Positions 63,900 through 64,000 of a DNA stretch of 64,000 nucleotides are shown piece after piece. Origin of the DNA: Capsulimonadaceae bacterium (GTDB taxonomy: Bacteria > Armatimonadota > Armatimonadia > Armatimonadales > Capsulimonadaceae). Each line of letters begins with the position of its first letter. The stretch's first letter is position 1. The stretch lies in assembly GCA_965215505.1 (NCBI GenBank), contig OZ244065.1:3008001-3072000 (forward strand), read 5' to 3'. A model generated the notes under the pieces. It was not told the DNA's origin. It did no database searches and worked only from the letters and a program-made list of their open reading frames with translations. The position numbers and the translations under genes are program-made.

Positions 63900-64000
63900 A
63901 TGCCCCAGTCCCCCGTCCTCATCGTCGGCTCCATGGCCCTGGACTCGGTCAAGACGCCCACCGGCGAAGTCAAAGACGCCCTGGGCGGCGCGGCGGACTA
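63900..64000 (+). CDS. PfkB family carbohydrate kinase, 5' part
   Basis: MPQSPVLIVGSMALDSVKTPTGEVKDALGGAA. Confidence 0.8.
   Translation, partial: MPQSPVLIVGSMALDSVKTPTGEVKDALGGAAD

Overview
GC-rich bacterial chromosomal window. It is most likely Armatimonadota (Capsulimonas-like), inferred from five DUF1559 prepilin-type H-X9-DG genes, a fused SBP-permease sugar ABC gene and a PEP-CTERM protein. Core content: glmS, dnaN, gnd/zwf, mutY, herA, a group-2-like sigma70, pstSCAB with divergent DUF47/PiT, an M32 carboxypeptidase, cheB/cheR/PAS-SpoIIE and tRNA-Arg(CCG). No CRISPR array, rRNA, integrase, reverse transcriptase or intact transposase is visible. Highlights: (1) a phosphate-starvation island (42.7-56.8 kb) in which the 11-bp-period CTTAAC Pho-type boxes seen at pstS recur upstream of tandem DUF1559 pseudopilin-like genes. 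These genes are co-oriented with a secreted metallophosphoesterase, a PHP hydrolase and a secreted OB-fold protein, making a candidate undescribed organophosphate/eDNA scavenging system. (2) An ECF sigma locus with identical GGAAC-N17-CGCT promoters on two tiny Met/Lys-rich secreted proteins. (3) At least five REP-like repeat families, some with tandem re-iterations of their own ends. (4) Several catalytically degenerate signalling proteins and decaying accessory genes. Functional calls come from motif recognition only; no database searches were run.
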